This document shows positions 27,598 through 38,430 of a stretch of 64,000 bases of DNA, piece after piece (positions within the stretch are counted from its first letter, which is position 1; the number at the start of each line of letters is the position of its first letter). A program made the translations under genes and the position numbers. The stretch is from an uncultured Pseudobdellovibrionaceae bacterium (GTDB lineage Bacteria > Bdellovibrionota_B > Oligoflexia > Oligoflexales > Bog-1112), in assembly GCA_964611335.1 (NCBI GenBank), contig CAZSXR010000001.1:828818-892817 (forward strand). Reading direction: 5' to 3'. The notes under the pieces were generated by a model, which saw only the letters and a list, made by a program, of their open reading frames with translations, ran no database searches and was not told where the DNA came from.

Positions 27598-29550
27598 ATG
27601 AGGAATCTTTTTGGAATATTGTCAATCGTAGGAATGGGTGTCTTTGCTTGTAGCAGAACCAGATCTACACCTAAACCTACTTCATCATCTGCGGATGCCG
27701 CAGCAGCAGCTGCAGCAGCAGGTGGGAATGTTGATCTTGCGTGTGGTCAGCTTGCAGTGACCGCAGCGAAGACTCCATCTTTTTCACTTGCTTCAAATTC
27801 AAGGGCTTTGTCTTTAATAGATCTCACGCCTGCAGATGTTTTTATGCAGGAAGCTGATAATTTTGTAGATGCTCAATTGAATCCTAATATTGTAGCAACG
27901 CCAAAAGGTTTAGGCTTGCAAGTTCAAGGTGAAATTGCTGTTCGTGATTACCAACTCAGTATACAAGGTGTGCCACTTTGTGGAAATGAACTGAGCATTT
28001 ATGGTCGACCTAATCAGGAACTTTGGATGAAAGGAAATGTGCCTTCTATTGAAGGTCTTGATTCAAGTGTTTTCGATAGTATTTCAAACTTGGAATTTCC
28101 TTCAGAATCTTTTGCAGTGTCCTCCGTTTATTCAAAATTGAATTTAAAAGGAGCTGTTTCAAAAGTAAAGACAACGAAGCAGTGTATTATTTTTGAAAAT
28201 GGATCTTTTATTCCTGCAAGAGAAATTTCTTTTACAGTCAATCGTAGACCTTACTATGGACTAGCAACCACTCAGGGTTACGGTCTTGTAGATAGCGACC
28301 CTGTGCGTGCTGCATCTCCTTCCTATTTGGAAGAAGTTTCTACATCAACGTCCACTTCTACAAATGTTGCAAATGGTTCTGCTGTAGGCACAGCCAGTGT
28401 GTCTTCCTTACAAGTGAATTCTCTCAATGGGAGTTCTCAAAATGTATATGTTACAAAAACTGTACAGCTTACAGGATTGAGTAATGGGGGATCTTTGTGT
28501 TCAGCCCCCTTTGTGCTGATTACACTGACGGGACCTTCTAGCGCTCCCGTTCTCAACCCTCCACCTTTTAGTACGAGTGAAAATTTTGTTTATCCCGATA
28601 AAACTTCCGGTTTTTATTCCGTCACAACGTTTTATAACGCGATGTCTCACGTTGATTGGCTTTTGAAAAACGGATACCTTTCCAACTGGCCAGGACCGCA
28701 AGTTCAAATTGTTTTGAATCTGATAGATTCAAATGGTGATGGGCAAAATTTGGGACGCAATAATATAGCGGTCTTCTTACCAAATGGAAACAGTCTTACA
28801 GATCCCCCACAAATTGAACTCGGTAATGGAGATGGAAAGTTACTTCAGAATCTTTGGTCTGATCCAGACGCTATTCAACACGAGACAGGTCACCATCTTG
28901 TCTATACACGTCTTACACAGATTTCAAATAAGATCTCTGTTGTCATTCATGAAGGTTACGCAGATAGTCAGGTTCTTTTGCAAAATCAAAGCCCTTGTTT
29001 GGGAACCACAATATGTCCAACAGGTGCAGCTGTGTGTATTTCAAATGCTTGTCTAAGATCCGCTGCTAATAACTTCACAATGGCTGCTCCTAATTGTCCA
29101 AGCGATGGGTCTGTAGGTCCTCCTCAATGTTTACCAACAGAAGTTCATCAACGATCACAGTTGATATCAGGATTAATGTGGGATATAGCGCAAGATATAG
29201 GACCCGCAAATGGTGGTTATGAAGCTGCATTGAAACTTCAAATGGATTCCATTCCCTATTTATCTTCGAGTAGTGAATACGGAGATTTGTTAGAAGCTCT
29301 CATAAAAGCAGATCAAGATCTTGGTGGAAGTCCAAGTGGAAAATACCAAGCACACTTAATAAAAGAAATGTGTGCTCGTGGTTTTGACAACGCAGCAAAC
29401 AGCACCAATGGGAAATCCTGGATGAGTCAGATCAGTGTTTCTTACACTTGTCCCGAAGGCAGTGGGGCAATACCCACAGGTGCTCTTCAGCCAGCTCCTT
29501 TGACAAGTGGAGCACTCAATATTCCTACCACTGTCACCGGTGGACAATAA
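27598..29550 (+). CDS. Exported zinc metalloprotease (gluzincin, thermolysin-like HExxH...E spacing), lipoprotein signal
   Basis: Signal/lipobox MRNLFGILSIVGMGVFAC. HETGH lies at 28879-28893, and a Glu in HEGYADS (28951-28953) falls exactly 20 residues after the second His, as in M4-type gluzincins. The remainder is unrecognised and includes polyAla and STSTSTS tracts. Confidence 0.6.
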   Translation: MRNLFGILSIVGMGVFACSRTRSTPKPTSSSADAAAAAAAAGGNVDLACGQLAVTAAKTPSFSLASNSRALSLIDLTPADVFMQEADNFVDAQLNPNIVATPKGLGLQVQGEIAVRDYQLSIQGVPLCGNELSIYGRPNQELWMKGNVPSIEGLDSSVFDSISNLEFPSESFAVSSVYSKLNLKGAVSKVKTTKQCIIFENGSFIPAREISFTVNRRPYYGLATTQGYGLVDSDPVRAASPSYLEEVSTSTSTSTNVANGSAVGTASVSSLQVNSLNGSSQNVYVTKTVQLTGLSNGGSLCSAPFVLITLTGPSSAPVLNPPPFSTSENFVYPDKTSGFYSVTTFYNAMSHVDWLLKNGYLSNWPGPQVQIVLNLIDSNGDGQNLGRNNIAVFLPNGNSLTDPPQIELGNGDGKLLQNLWSDPDAIQHETGHHLVYTRLTQISNKISVVIHEGYADSQVLLQNQSPCLGTTICPTGAAVCISNACLRSAANNFTMAAPNCPSDGSVGPPQCLPTEVHQRSQLISGLMWDIAQDIGPANGGYEAALKLQMDSIPYLSSSSEYGDLLEALIKADQDLGGSPSGKYQAHLIKEMCARGFDNAANSTNGKSWMSQISVSYTCPEGSGAIPTGALQPAPLTSGALNIPTTVTGGQ

Positions 29551-29657
29551 TACCTAACAATAGTCACGCACCTCAAGCTTGCATATGGGTGTAATATCTT
29601 GATTTTCTTTATCTTTCGCGATATATGAAGGTGAATGAAAACCTGTGGTATGTTTGA

Positions 29658-31606
<1,949 letters not shown>

Positions 31607-31647
31607 TAAAGTTAGGGAAGGGATTTCTTAGCTTATAGGAAATAAAC

Positions 31648-32292
31648 TTGGAACGTAAATTAACACCAAGTAGTTTTGTTATCCATTTCAATACTCGTAT
31701 GCATTATGCGGGACTTTTTCTTCTCAAAGAAATTTTAGAAAAAAACACAATTTTTTCTTTTCATCTTGAGGATGATGAATATGTGCTTGAACCAATTTTG
31801 AAATCTTTGGAAGAAGTTTCTTATATTCGTTTGAATCGGCACAAAGAATATGAAATTACAAAACGTGGGATCAAACACATCCATTCTTTCCTCACTCGTT
31901 ACGATTTTTTTAAAGATGAATATGATGTGTTTAGTGGCGTGGATTTAAAAACAAAGGATTTTGCAATACGCTACTATGACACTTTTGAGGAAGAAGCGGA
32001 ATGGTTTAAATTTCTACAAGAAGAACGTTGGGAAGATTTGCGAATAGCAATTGCTGAACTTCATGGATATGACGCGATAGAAATGACTTTTATGCGTTTT
32101 GTTTATGAGGATCGTTTTGGGTTTCACAATGGACGTTGGAATTACGAATATCTACTTGGTGGGATATGGGAAGAGATACAGGCTGTATGTAATAACGCTG
32201 TCCGTTTACACTCTTTCTCAAAGTCCTCTTTGCTTGAGGATGTACTGAAAAAAGGCCAGCGCCTCATGTTTGAACTCGGTGTTCCAAGGTAA
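31648..32292 (+). CDS. Hypothetical cytoplasmic protein
   Basis: 214-aa ORF (TTG start in the track; the start is uncertain). Composition is balanced and aromatic/acidic-rich. No motif recognised. Confidence 0.4.
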   Translation: MERKLTPSSFVIHFNTRMHYAGLFLLKEILEKNTIFSFHLEDDEYVLEPILKSLEEVSYIRLNRHKEYEITKRGIKHIHSFLTRYDFFKDEYDVFSGVDLKTKDFAIRYYDTFEEEAEWFKFLQEERWEDLRIAIAELHGYDAIEMTFMRFVYEDRFGFHNGRWNYEYLLGGIWEEIQAVCNNAVRLHSFSKSSLLEDVLKKGQRLMFELGVPR

Positions 32293-32314
32293 ATATCGCC
32301 TCTGAACTTAACTT

Positions 32315-32326
32315 GGAATTCGAATT
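32315..32326. promoter_or_regulatory. Palindromic box GGAATTCGAATT (copy 1; full 12-nt palindrome GAATTCGAATTC at 32316-32327)
   Basis: Read directly. It lies in the convergent intergenic region downstream of both 31648-32292 and 32372-32656. Confidence 0.35.
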
Positions 32327-32371
32327 CTTCCATGTTACAAACGCCCTCTTGAAGCGCATCCTTTGCCGACT

Positions 32372-32656
32372 CTAAATGTGTAGATCAAGCGTTTTGCTGA
32401 TTCCCACAATAGGGGCGCCTGTATACCAACCCTCAGTGAGTCTGCGTTCGTGAATAGTTGTCCAAGCTTTCCCTGCGAACACTTTAACGCGTTTGCTGAT
32501 GCCTAGAAGATGGGGGTCATCCATATTGCCTTCTTCACGTACAACGACATTGACCTGTTCACAATCCAGAGAGAGGTTCAGTATACGCTCGCGCGCAGCC
32601 CTTGCTTCACTGAAGGTGTCAAAGAATACAAGATTATATTTCTTAAAAGCTTCCAT
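32372..32656 (-). CDS. Hypothetical small protein (94 aa)
   Basis: ORF with protein-like composition and no obvious SD. It is flanked by two copies of a GGAATTCGAATT palindromic box. Confidence 0.35.
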   Translation of the reverse strand: MEAFKKYNLVFFDTFSEARAARERILNLSLDCEQVNVVVREEGNMDDPHLLGISKRVKVFAGKAWTTIHERRLTEGWYTGAPIVGISKTLDLHI

Positions 32657-32670
32657 CGAGGTATCGTTTC

Positions 32671-32682
32671 GGAATTCGAATT
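32671..32682. promoter_or_regulatory. Palindromic box GGAATTCGAATT (copy 2; palindromic core AATTCGAATT)
   Basis: Read directly. It lies 15 nt upstream of the 94-aa ORF start (minus strand) and 47 nt upstream of the ahcY ATG (plus strand). Confidence 0.35.
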
Positions 32683-32728
32683 AAAAATTTCGGACCACTA
32701 TTAAGACTTTTAACAGAGAGGATAGAAA

Positions 32729-34042
32729 ATGACAGCAAAAGGAACACATTATCGAGTCGCGGACATGAGCCAGGGTATGATTGACTGGGGCCGCAAGGAA
32801 ATTGAGATAGCAGAAAATGAAATGCCAGGTCTTATGGCGCTTCGTAAAGAATATGGTCTTTCTCAGCCTCTCGCAGGTGCTCGCATTGCTGGATGTTTGC
32901 ATATGACCATACAAACGGCAGTTCTTATTGAAACTCTCGTTGCCCTTGGTGCAAAAGTCCGATGGTCCAGTTGCAATATCTTTTCAACACAGGACCACGC
33001 AGCATCCGCGATTGCTGCAAAGGGTATTCCGGTTTATGCATGGAAGGGCATGACAGAAGCTGAGTTTGATTGGTGTATAGAGCAAACTCTTGTCTTTGAT
33101 GATCACAAACCTTTGAATATGATTCTTGATGATGGTGGTGATCTTACAAAAATGGTACATGAGAAATATCCGCAATACCTCGAAGGAATTCGTGGTATTT
33201 CAGAAGAAACCACAACAGGTGTACACCGTCTGTACAAAATGTTTGAAGAAAAATTACTGAAAACCCCCGCATTTAACGTTAACGATTCTGTAACTAAATC
33301 TAAATTTGACAACCTATATGGGTGTCGCGAATCTCTTATCGACGGTATCAAACGAGCCACGGATGTTATGGTTGCTGGAAAAGTAGCAGTTGTTGCAGGT
33401 TACGGAGATGTCGGTAAAGGTTGCGCTCAATCTTTGAGTCATATGGGTGCTCGAGTTCTGATCACAGAAATTGATCCTATCTGTGCATTACAAGCTGCGA
33501 TGGAAGGTTACGAAGTTGTAACTATGGAAGAAGCAGCTCCGATCGGTGATATTTTTGTTACAGCAACAGGCTGCTGTGATGTCATTACAGAAAAACACTT
33601 TTTAGAGATGAAAAATGAATCCATACTCTGCAATATAGGTCACTTCGATTCTGAAATCCGAATTGCTTGGTTGGAAAATCATCCAGAAGTTAAAGAAGTC
33701 AACATCAAACCACAAGTGGATCGTTTCATCCTTCCCAATGGACGTTCTCTCATCGTCCTTGCAAGAGGACGCTTGGTGAATTTGGGATGTGCAACAGGGC
33801 ACCCTAGCTTTGTAATGTCCAATTCCTTTACAAATCAGGTTCTTGCACAGATTGAATTGTGGAAAAATGCACAGAAGTACAAGGTAGGAATCTACACACT
33901 TCCTAAAAAACTCGATGAAAAAGTTGCACGCCTTCACCTTTCAAAACTCAATGTTAAACTGACACAATTGTCAAAAGACCAAGCTCAGTATTTGAATATT
34001 CCTGTCGAAGGTCCTTACAAACCAGAATACTACCGCTACTAA
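32729..34042 (+). CDS. ahcY: Adenosylhomocysteinase
   Basis: [29 protein letters not shown], the NAD-binding [10 protein letters not shown] and the C-terminus ...[10 protein letters not shown] are classic AhcY. Confidence 0.95.
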   Translation: MTAKGTHYRVADMSQGMIDWGRKEIEIAENEMPGLMALRKEYGLSQPLAGARIAGCLHMTIQTAVLIETLVALGAKVRWSSCNIFSTQDHAASAIAAKGIPVYAWKGMTEAEFDWCIEQTLVFDDHKPLNMILDDGGDLTKMVHEKYPQYLEGIRGISEETTTGVHRLYKMFEEKLLKTPAFNVNDSVTKSKFDNLYGCRESLIDGIKRATDVMVAGKVAVVAGYGDVGKGCAQSLSHMGARVLITEIDPICALQAAMEGYEVVTMEEAAPIGDIFVTATGCCDVITEKHFLEMKNESILCNIGHFDSEIRIAWLENHPEVKEVNIKPQVDRFILPNGRSLIVLARGRLVNLGCATGHPSFVMSNSFTNQVLAQIELWKNAQKYKVGIYTLPKKLDEKVARLHLSKLNVKLTQLSKDQAQYLNIPVEGPYKPEYYRY

Positions 34043-34062
34043 ATTAAGCCGAGACTAGACAA

Positions 34063-34100
34063 AGGTGGCATAAAACCCTTAAAATAATCTTATGCCACCT
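34063..34100 (+). promoter_or_regulatory. Perfect 11-bp stem / 16-nt loop hairpin whose 3' arm contains the start codon of the 34092 gene and whose 5' arm contains an SD-like AAGGTGG
   Basis: Read directly: 34063-34073 AGGTGGCATAA pairs with 34090-34100 TTATGCCACCT. ATG is at 34092-34094. It lies 21 nt after the ahcY stop, with no U-tract after the stem. Confidence 0.4.
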
Positions 34101-35051
34101 AAATTCTCTAAAAGAATGAATGCAATCACCATAGACTGTCTCATTATATGCTTAACAGTTTGGGGTGTTTTTTATTTTCGTAAAACAGCATTCCAAAACC
34201 TTATACAAGCGATTGCACCTTTAACTTTGGGACAACCCATACTCGTCAGCACAAAATTTATTTGTGCTGTTTTTCTTATTTCCCCTATTCCCCTTTTTCT
34301 CAGTTTTGCTTTTGCATCTGCATCTCCAGGGCAATATCTTATGAATATAGGAGAAAGAAGTTACATCACTCATGATCTTTTAAATGTGTTTAAATCTGCT
34401 ATTCACAGCTTACTTTTTGTTCCATCACTCTTTTTATTAAGTGGATTCCCCTATCTTTTTGCTTTACTCGATCCTGAAAGAAGAACTCTGATACAGGTTC
34501 TCACAGGAACGCATTCTCGAAGTTTAAAGAAAGGTGTTCGTGTCCAAAAATTTCCAAAGCCTGTAGCTATAATCCTCATCTTTCTCTCTCTCTATTCTGT
34601 CGGTTCTCTTGTATGGAGTGTTGCAAGAAATATGAGTGTGAGCGATCATGGGCTTATAATCGGTGGTACAGCTCAGTCTCGTGCCGATTACTTCAATGAA
34701 AAAAAACAGGAGTCTCTACATTTGGGCAATGTAACTCCTTACATTGCTTTTGAAGCTGCAAGAAAGGCTTTAAAAAATCGAAATTACAAAGAACTTCTTC
34801 AACAGTTGGATGCAAAAAGTCAACTCATAGTAAAAGCTATTCCTAGTGACATAGTTCTATTCGATGAACTACCTAATGATGTTCACTGGGTTCGTACAGA
34901 AGGTGATGAAAGAACCGGTAGCATAAAAGTATACTACCGCGAGGGGGCAGAAAACTCACCATCTAAAGAGCAAAGCAATCCTCTCGTTTTAGTTAAGGAA
35001 GGAAAAGACTGGAAATTAGACATCACCTCTCTTTTCCAGCTTAAAAAATAA
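34092..35051 (+). CDS. Membrane protein, RDD-like N-terminal domain plus soluble C-terminal domain
   Basis: KRMNAITIDCLIICL...RRTLIQVLTGTH resembles an RDD-family module (third Asp not conserved). It has 3-4 TM segments, and the C-terminal ~140 aa are soluble. Confidence 0.45.
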   Translation: MPPKFSKRMNAITIDCLIICLTVWGVFYFRKTAFQNLIQAIAPLTLGQPILVSTKFICAVFLISPIPLFLSFAFASASPGQYLMNIGERSYITHDLLNVFKSAIHSLLFVPSLFLLSGFPYLFALLDPERRTLIQVLTGTHSRSLKKGVRVQKFPKPVAIILIFLSLYSVGSLVWSVARNMSVSDHGLIIGGTAQSRADYFNEKKQESLHLGNVTPYIAFEAARKALKNRNYKELLQQLDAKSQLIVKAIPSDIVLFDELPNDVHWVRTEGDERTGSIKVYYREGAENSPSKEQSNPLVLVKEGKDWKLDITSLFQLKK

Positions 35052-35067
35052 TTACATATTTCTGTTC

Positions 35068-35886
35068 TTAAGCGAAAATACGATTTACATCTATGTTAGG
35101 CAACAACTTTGCTTTAAACCCCTCGCTAAGAAGTAATTGGATGGCTTCTAATCCTTTGTTCGATAAGTTACGGGTCTCCTCATTCACATACAAATCGATG
35201 TGTGTACGAAGGATATCTAAGTTTTTTTCCTGGCTATGCTCTAAAACATAATTCATAACTTCTGATGGATGCTTCTTTGCGTAATCATAAGATGCACAGA
35301 TTGCTTGTGACAAAGTGTTCAAAGTCTCCTTACCCAAATTGCGTTTAGCTACCAAACAACCAAGAGGCAAAGGCAGACCCGTTTTCTGTTCCCATAATTC
35401 ACCTAAATCACACACTTCATAGAGTCCCTGTTCCTTTAACATAAAACGTGTTTCATGAATGATAAGCCCATAATCTGCGCGCTTTTGCAGAAGCTTTGGT
35501 ATCTCATCATAACGGCAAAAACGTTCAACGCGAGCATGAGGTAAAAGAAGTCTGTAAAGCAAGTACGCAGTTGTATCTCGACCAGGAATCGCAAGGGTGC
35601 TTTTTGAAAGGTCATCGATAGAAAAGGGATTTGCACTCACAATTTTTGGCCCATTCCCTTTTCCAAGAGCAGAGCCTGAGGGAAGCAGACAGTAGTTATG
35701 CAAAACCTTTCCGAGAGTGAAGAAAGAAATTTTAGTGAGATCCGGAACAGATTCCATAGCTCTCTGATTGAGATATTGGATGTCTGCAAGCATCACTTCG
35801 AGTGGGAAGGGGTGATCTATTAAATTTTTGACAAAAGCATAAAAAAGAAAGGTGTCATTAGGGCAGGGGGAAAATGATATTTTCAT
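35068..35886 (-). CDS. mqnD: 1,4-dihydroxy-6-naphthoate synthase (futalosine pathway)
   Basis: The N-terminus MKISFSPCPNDTFLFYAFV carries the SPCPNDTF hallmark of MqnD; 272 aa. Confidence 0.82.
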   Translation of the reverse strand: MKISFSPCPNDTFLFYAFVKNLIDHPFPLEVMLADIQYLNQRAMESVPDLTKISFFTLGKVLHNYCLLPSGSALGKGNGPKIVSANPFSIDDLSKSTLAIPGRDTTAYLLYRLLLPHARVERFCRYDEIPKLLQKRADYGLIIHETRFMLKEQGLYEVCDLGELWEQKTGLPLPLGCLVAKRNLGKETLNTLSQAICASYDYAKKHPSEVMNYVLEHSQEKNLDILRTHIDLYVNEETRNLSNKGLEAIQLLLSEGFKAKLLPNIDVNRIFA

Positions 35887-35905
35887 TCGCTACCTATTTT
35901 ATAGT

Positions 35906-36730
35906 TTATTGTGCTGGTGGTCGTGGTTCTATATATCGCGTCATAAGCATCGGTTTTTGTTTATGTGCAGGGCTAATAAATTCTTTTACTTTGTTGTCGT
36001 TATTTGCAAGAGATTCACAGTGAAGAACAGGAGCAAGAACCAGATCAGGATTGCAAGGGCGCGAAATCGTACGACAGTGATCCGAACATGCAATGCCTAA
36101 TTTCGAATTCGTCAAAACTTCTGCATGACCATAACGACGACTGAATCCACAACTGGATTTCGCGTACAAATGAATAACACCTTCTTGCGAAGCAAGTTCA
36201 GGATGTTCTGTAACATTTGCAAGTTTAAGATTCTTACAAAGAGAAATAGGATTGTTGAGAGCCCACTTAATAAAACCCTCGGAGGACCTGCCTGCGTGCA
36301 CTTGTTTCTTTAAGTTGCTTCCAGGATCACTGGGAAGCGAGTTGAGATCCAATGAAGGATTACCCATAAGTTTAGAAATCGCTATACGTACCCATTTCAT
36401 GCATTGACGATTGGTTTTTTTATAAGGAGCTTTTTTTGCAATTTCTGAAAGTTTATTTGCGCGTACAGAATCAAAAATCAAAGATGCAGGCTCATAAATG
36501 GGAAAATAGCGCATAGCCATCAGGGTTTGTGGTGGCTTCAACAAAGGAACTTCAGTTGAATAAAATGTTTTGTTGTTGGTTAGACGCGACATTTGCTGCT
36601 GATCTCTGCCATAAGCATGGCTCGCTTCGAAGAGGGATAGGGAACAGAGTATTCCTAGAACCAGTAATCGAAGCGCTCGAGAAAAGCGCTTGGAGATCGC
36701 TTGTGATCGTCTAGAAGGTGGATTGACCAA
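35906..36730 (-). CDS. Exported protein with possible CHAP/NlpC-like cysteine peptidase core
   Basis: TTG start 8 nt after AAGGAG. Signal peptide ...LRLLVLGILCSLSLFEASHA. NRQCMKWVRIA (Gln-Cys) and a later YGHAEVL resemble the Cys and His blocks of CHAP-type amidases. This is a weak, motif-only call. Confidence 0.4.
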   Translation of the reverse strand: MVNPPSRRSQAISKRFSRALRLLVLGILCSLSLFEASHAYGRDQQQMSRLTNNKTFYSTEVPLLKPPQTLMAMRYFPIYEPASLIFDSVRANKLSEIAKKAPYKKTNRQCMKWVRIAISKLMGNPSLDLNSLPSDPGSNLKKQVHAGRSSEGFIKWALNNPISLCKNLKLANVTEHPELASQEGVIHLYAKSSCGFSRRYGHAEVLTNSKLGIACSDHCRTISRPCNPDLVLAPVLHCESLANNDNKVKEFISPAHKQKPMLMTRYIEPRPPAQ

Positions 36731-36929
36731 ATCATATACTCCTTATAGGTGCAATTGTATGACAACTCTAGTACATAGCAGTAAATGCTATTTTAGGGTA
36801 GCTGAAAACTTCGGAGAGTCATTTTCTCAAATGATATTAGAAGGATCAAGTCTAGATTTTGCGGCTTGAAAACGAAGCGCTATAAAGCATTCCGCCTTCT
36901 CTCCTGGATGAACCGCGGCTGGAGAACTT

Positions 36930-37766
36930 ATGAAAATTCCGTACATTATGGGTATACTCAATGTCACTCCCGATTCTTTTTACGATGGGAATCTATACAA
37001 CACCTTTGAAAGAGCCCTTGAAAGAGCCTGCACACTGATAGAAGCAGGGGTAGACATTTTGGACATTGGTGGAGAGTCCACGCGACCCTCTACCAGTTTT
37101 CATCACAAACATGGTTTTAGACAAGACGTACAATCCGATCACGAAATGCAACGTGTCTTGCCTCTTCTTAAAGTTTTACGTTTAGAATTTCCCTCTCAAA
37201 TTCTTTCCGTTGATACACGCAACAAAGAGCTTGCAAGCGAAGCTCTCAAACTGGGAGTTCATATAATCAACTGTGTGTGTGAAACTGTTTCAGAAGATAT
37301 AGCGAAACGAATTGCTAGTTTTCCTCATTCTCGTTGTGTCCTCTGTCACATGCGTGGAAATCCACAAGATATGCAAAATGGAAATTTTTATGAAGGCCCC
37401 ATCATTCCTTATTTGAAAGAGTGGTTTCTTCAAGAAATTGCAAAGATGAAAAGTTTCGGTGTCGATGAAAAACAAATCATTCTTGATCCGGGCATAGGTT
37501 TTGGAAAGAAAAAACCCGATCAGGATTTTGAAATCCTTCGAGGTATTTCGGAATTGAAGTCTTTAGAGTATCCTGTACTGATTGGACTTTCTCGCAAATC
37601 GTTTATGGGGAAAGTTCTCAATAAAAGTGCAGATCAACTTTTAAGCGCAACGCTTGCAATGAATACCTATGCCATTTTACAAGGTGCAGATATTATTCGT
37701 GTGCATGATGTTGATGAGCACAAGGAAGTGAGAGAACTGCTCTCACGCTTGACAGGCACAGGATAA
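36930..37766 (+). CDS. folP: Dihydropteroate synthase
   Basis: IMGILNVTPDSFYDG, DIGGESTRP, DPGIGFGK and RVHDV motifs. Confidence 0.9.
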   Translation: MKIPYIMGILNVTPDSFYDGNLYNTFERALERACTLIEAGVDILDIGGESTRPSTSFHHKHGFRQDVQSDHEMQRVLPLLKVLRLEFPSQILSVDTRNKELASEALKLGVHIINCVCETVSEDIAKRIASFPHSRCVLCHMRGNPQDMQNGNFYEGPIIPYLKEWFLQEIAKMKSFGVDEKQIILDPGIGFGKKKPDQDFEILRGISELKSLEYPVLIGLSRKSFMGKVLNKSADQLLSATLAMNTYAILQGADIIRVHDVDEHKEVRELLSRLTGTG

Positions 37767-37807
37767 AGTTATTAAAGGGAGAGTAATTTATACTACCAAG
37801 AGGATTT

Positions 37808-38095
37808 ATGAAGAAGATATCAATTTTATTGGCATTGCTAAGTTCAACTCTCCTCGCTCAAGGAGAACCTGATGAGCGAGAGCCCCAAATTCCCGCGGAA
37901 GAACTCCTGAATTTAACGGAACTAGAGCTTTCCCTGTTGCTAGGACATAGCAACTTGGCAGCTTCCAGCCCTATGGCTACAAGTGCTCAGCCCTTCTTTC
38001 CTCGACAACCGGTTGAAGGGGGATTGCAATTCGGGAATTATCATAACCTTCTTCAATTTCCACTTAGTCAAAATGATAATCAAAATTTGGATTAA
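37808..38095 (+). CDS. Small exported protein (95 aa), unknown
   Basis: Signal peptide MKKISILLALLSSTLLAQG with an SD-like AGAGGA upstream. No motif. Confidence 0.4.
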   Translation: MKKISILLALLSSTLLAQGEPDEREPQIPAEELLNLTELELSLLLGHSNLAASSPMATSAQPFFPRQPVEGGLQFGNYHNLLQFPLSQNDNQNLD

Positions 38096-38154
38096 CTTTT
38101 TTTCATAATCTTCGAAAGACTCAAATAGAAATCTCATTAAAGAAAGGATCTTCT

Positions 38155-38430
38155 GTGAAAAAATTATATGTATCTGTAATTTTGACTGTGTGTATGAGTT
38201 CTGCTGTACATGCGGATGAAGACGATTCAGATTCGAAGGAACTTGTTATAAATAAATGCGTTCAAGAAGTTCAAGAATACAGACTCTTGAACTTTTTACA
38301 AGCCATCGTGTCGGCATTGCTTCCACCTGAAGGACTCAATGACAATGTAGAAGCAGCAAGTCAGCAACGTGAAGACGAAATGAGACGTAGATATTACTCC
38401 GGGATATTTAGGTCAGAAGGTCTTCTTTAA
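38155..38430 (+). CDS. Small exported protein (91 aa), unknown
   Basis: GTG start. Signal peptide (M)[19 protein letters not shown]. The mature part is acidic. Confidence 0.4.
   Translation: MKKLYVSVILTVCMSSAVHADEDDSDSKELVINKCVQEVQEYRLLNFLQAIVSALLPPEGLNDNVEAASQQREDEMRRRYYSGIFRSEGLL

Noticed and set aside
32657-32728. Possible SAH riboswitch in the ahcY leader.
   Set aside because: I could not find the conserved SAH-element helices or pseudoknot core, and the 72-nt leader is AT-rich and too short. A covariance-model scan (Rfam SAH riboswitch) would settle it.
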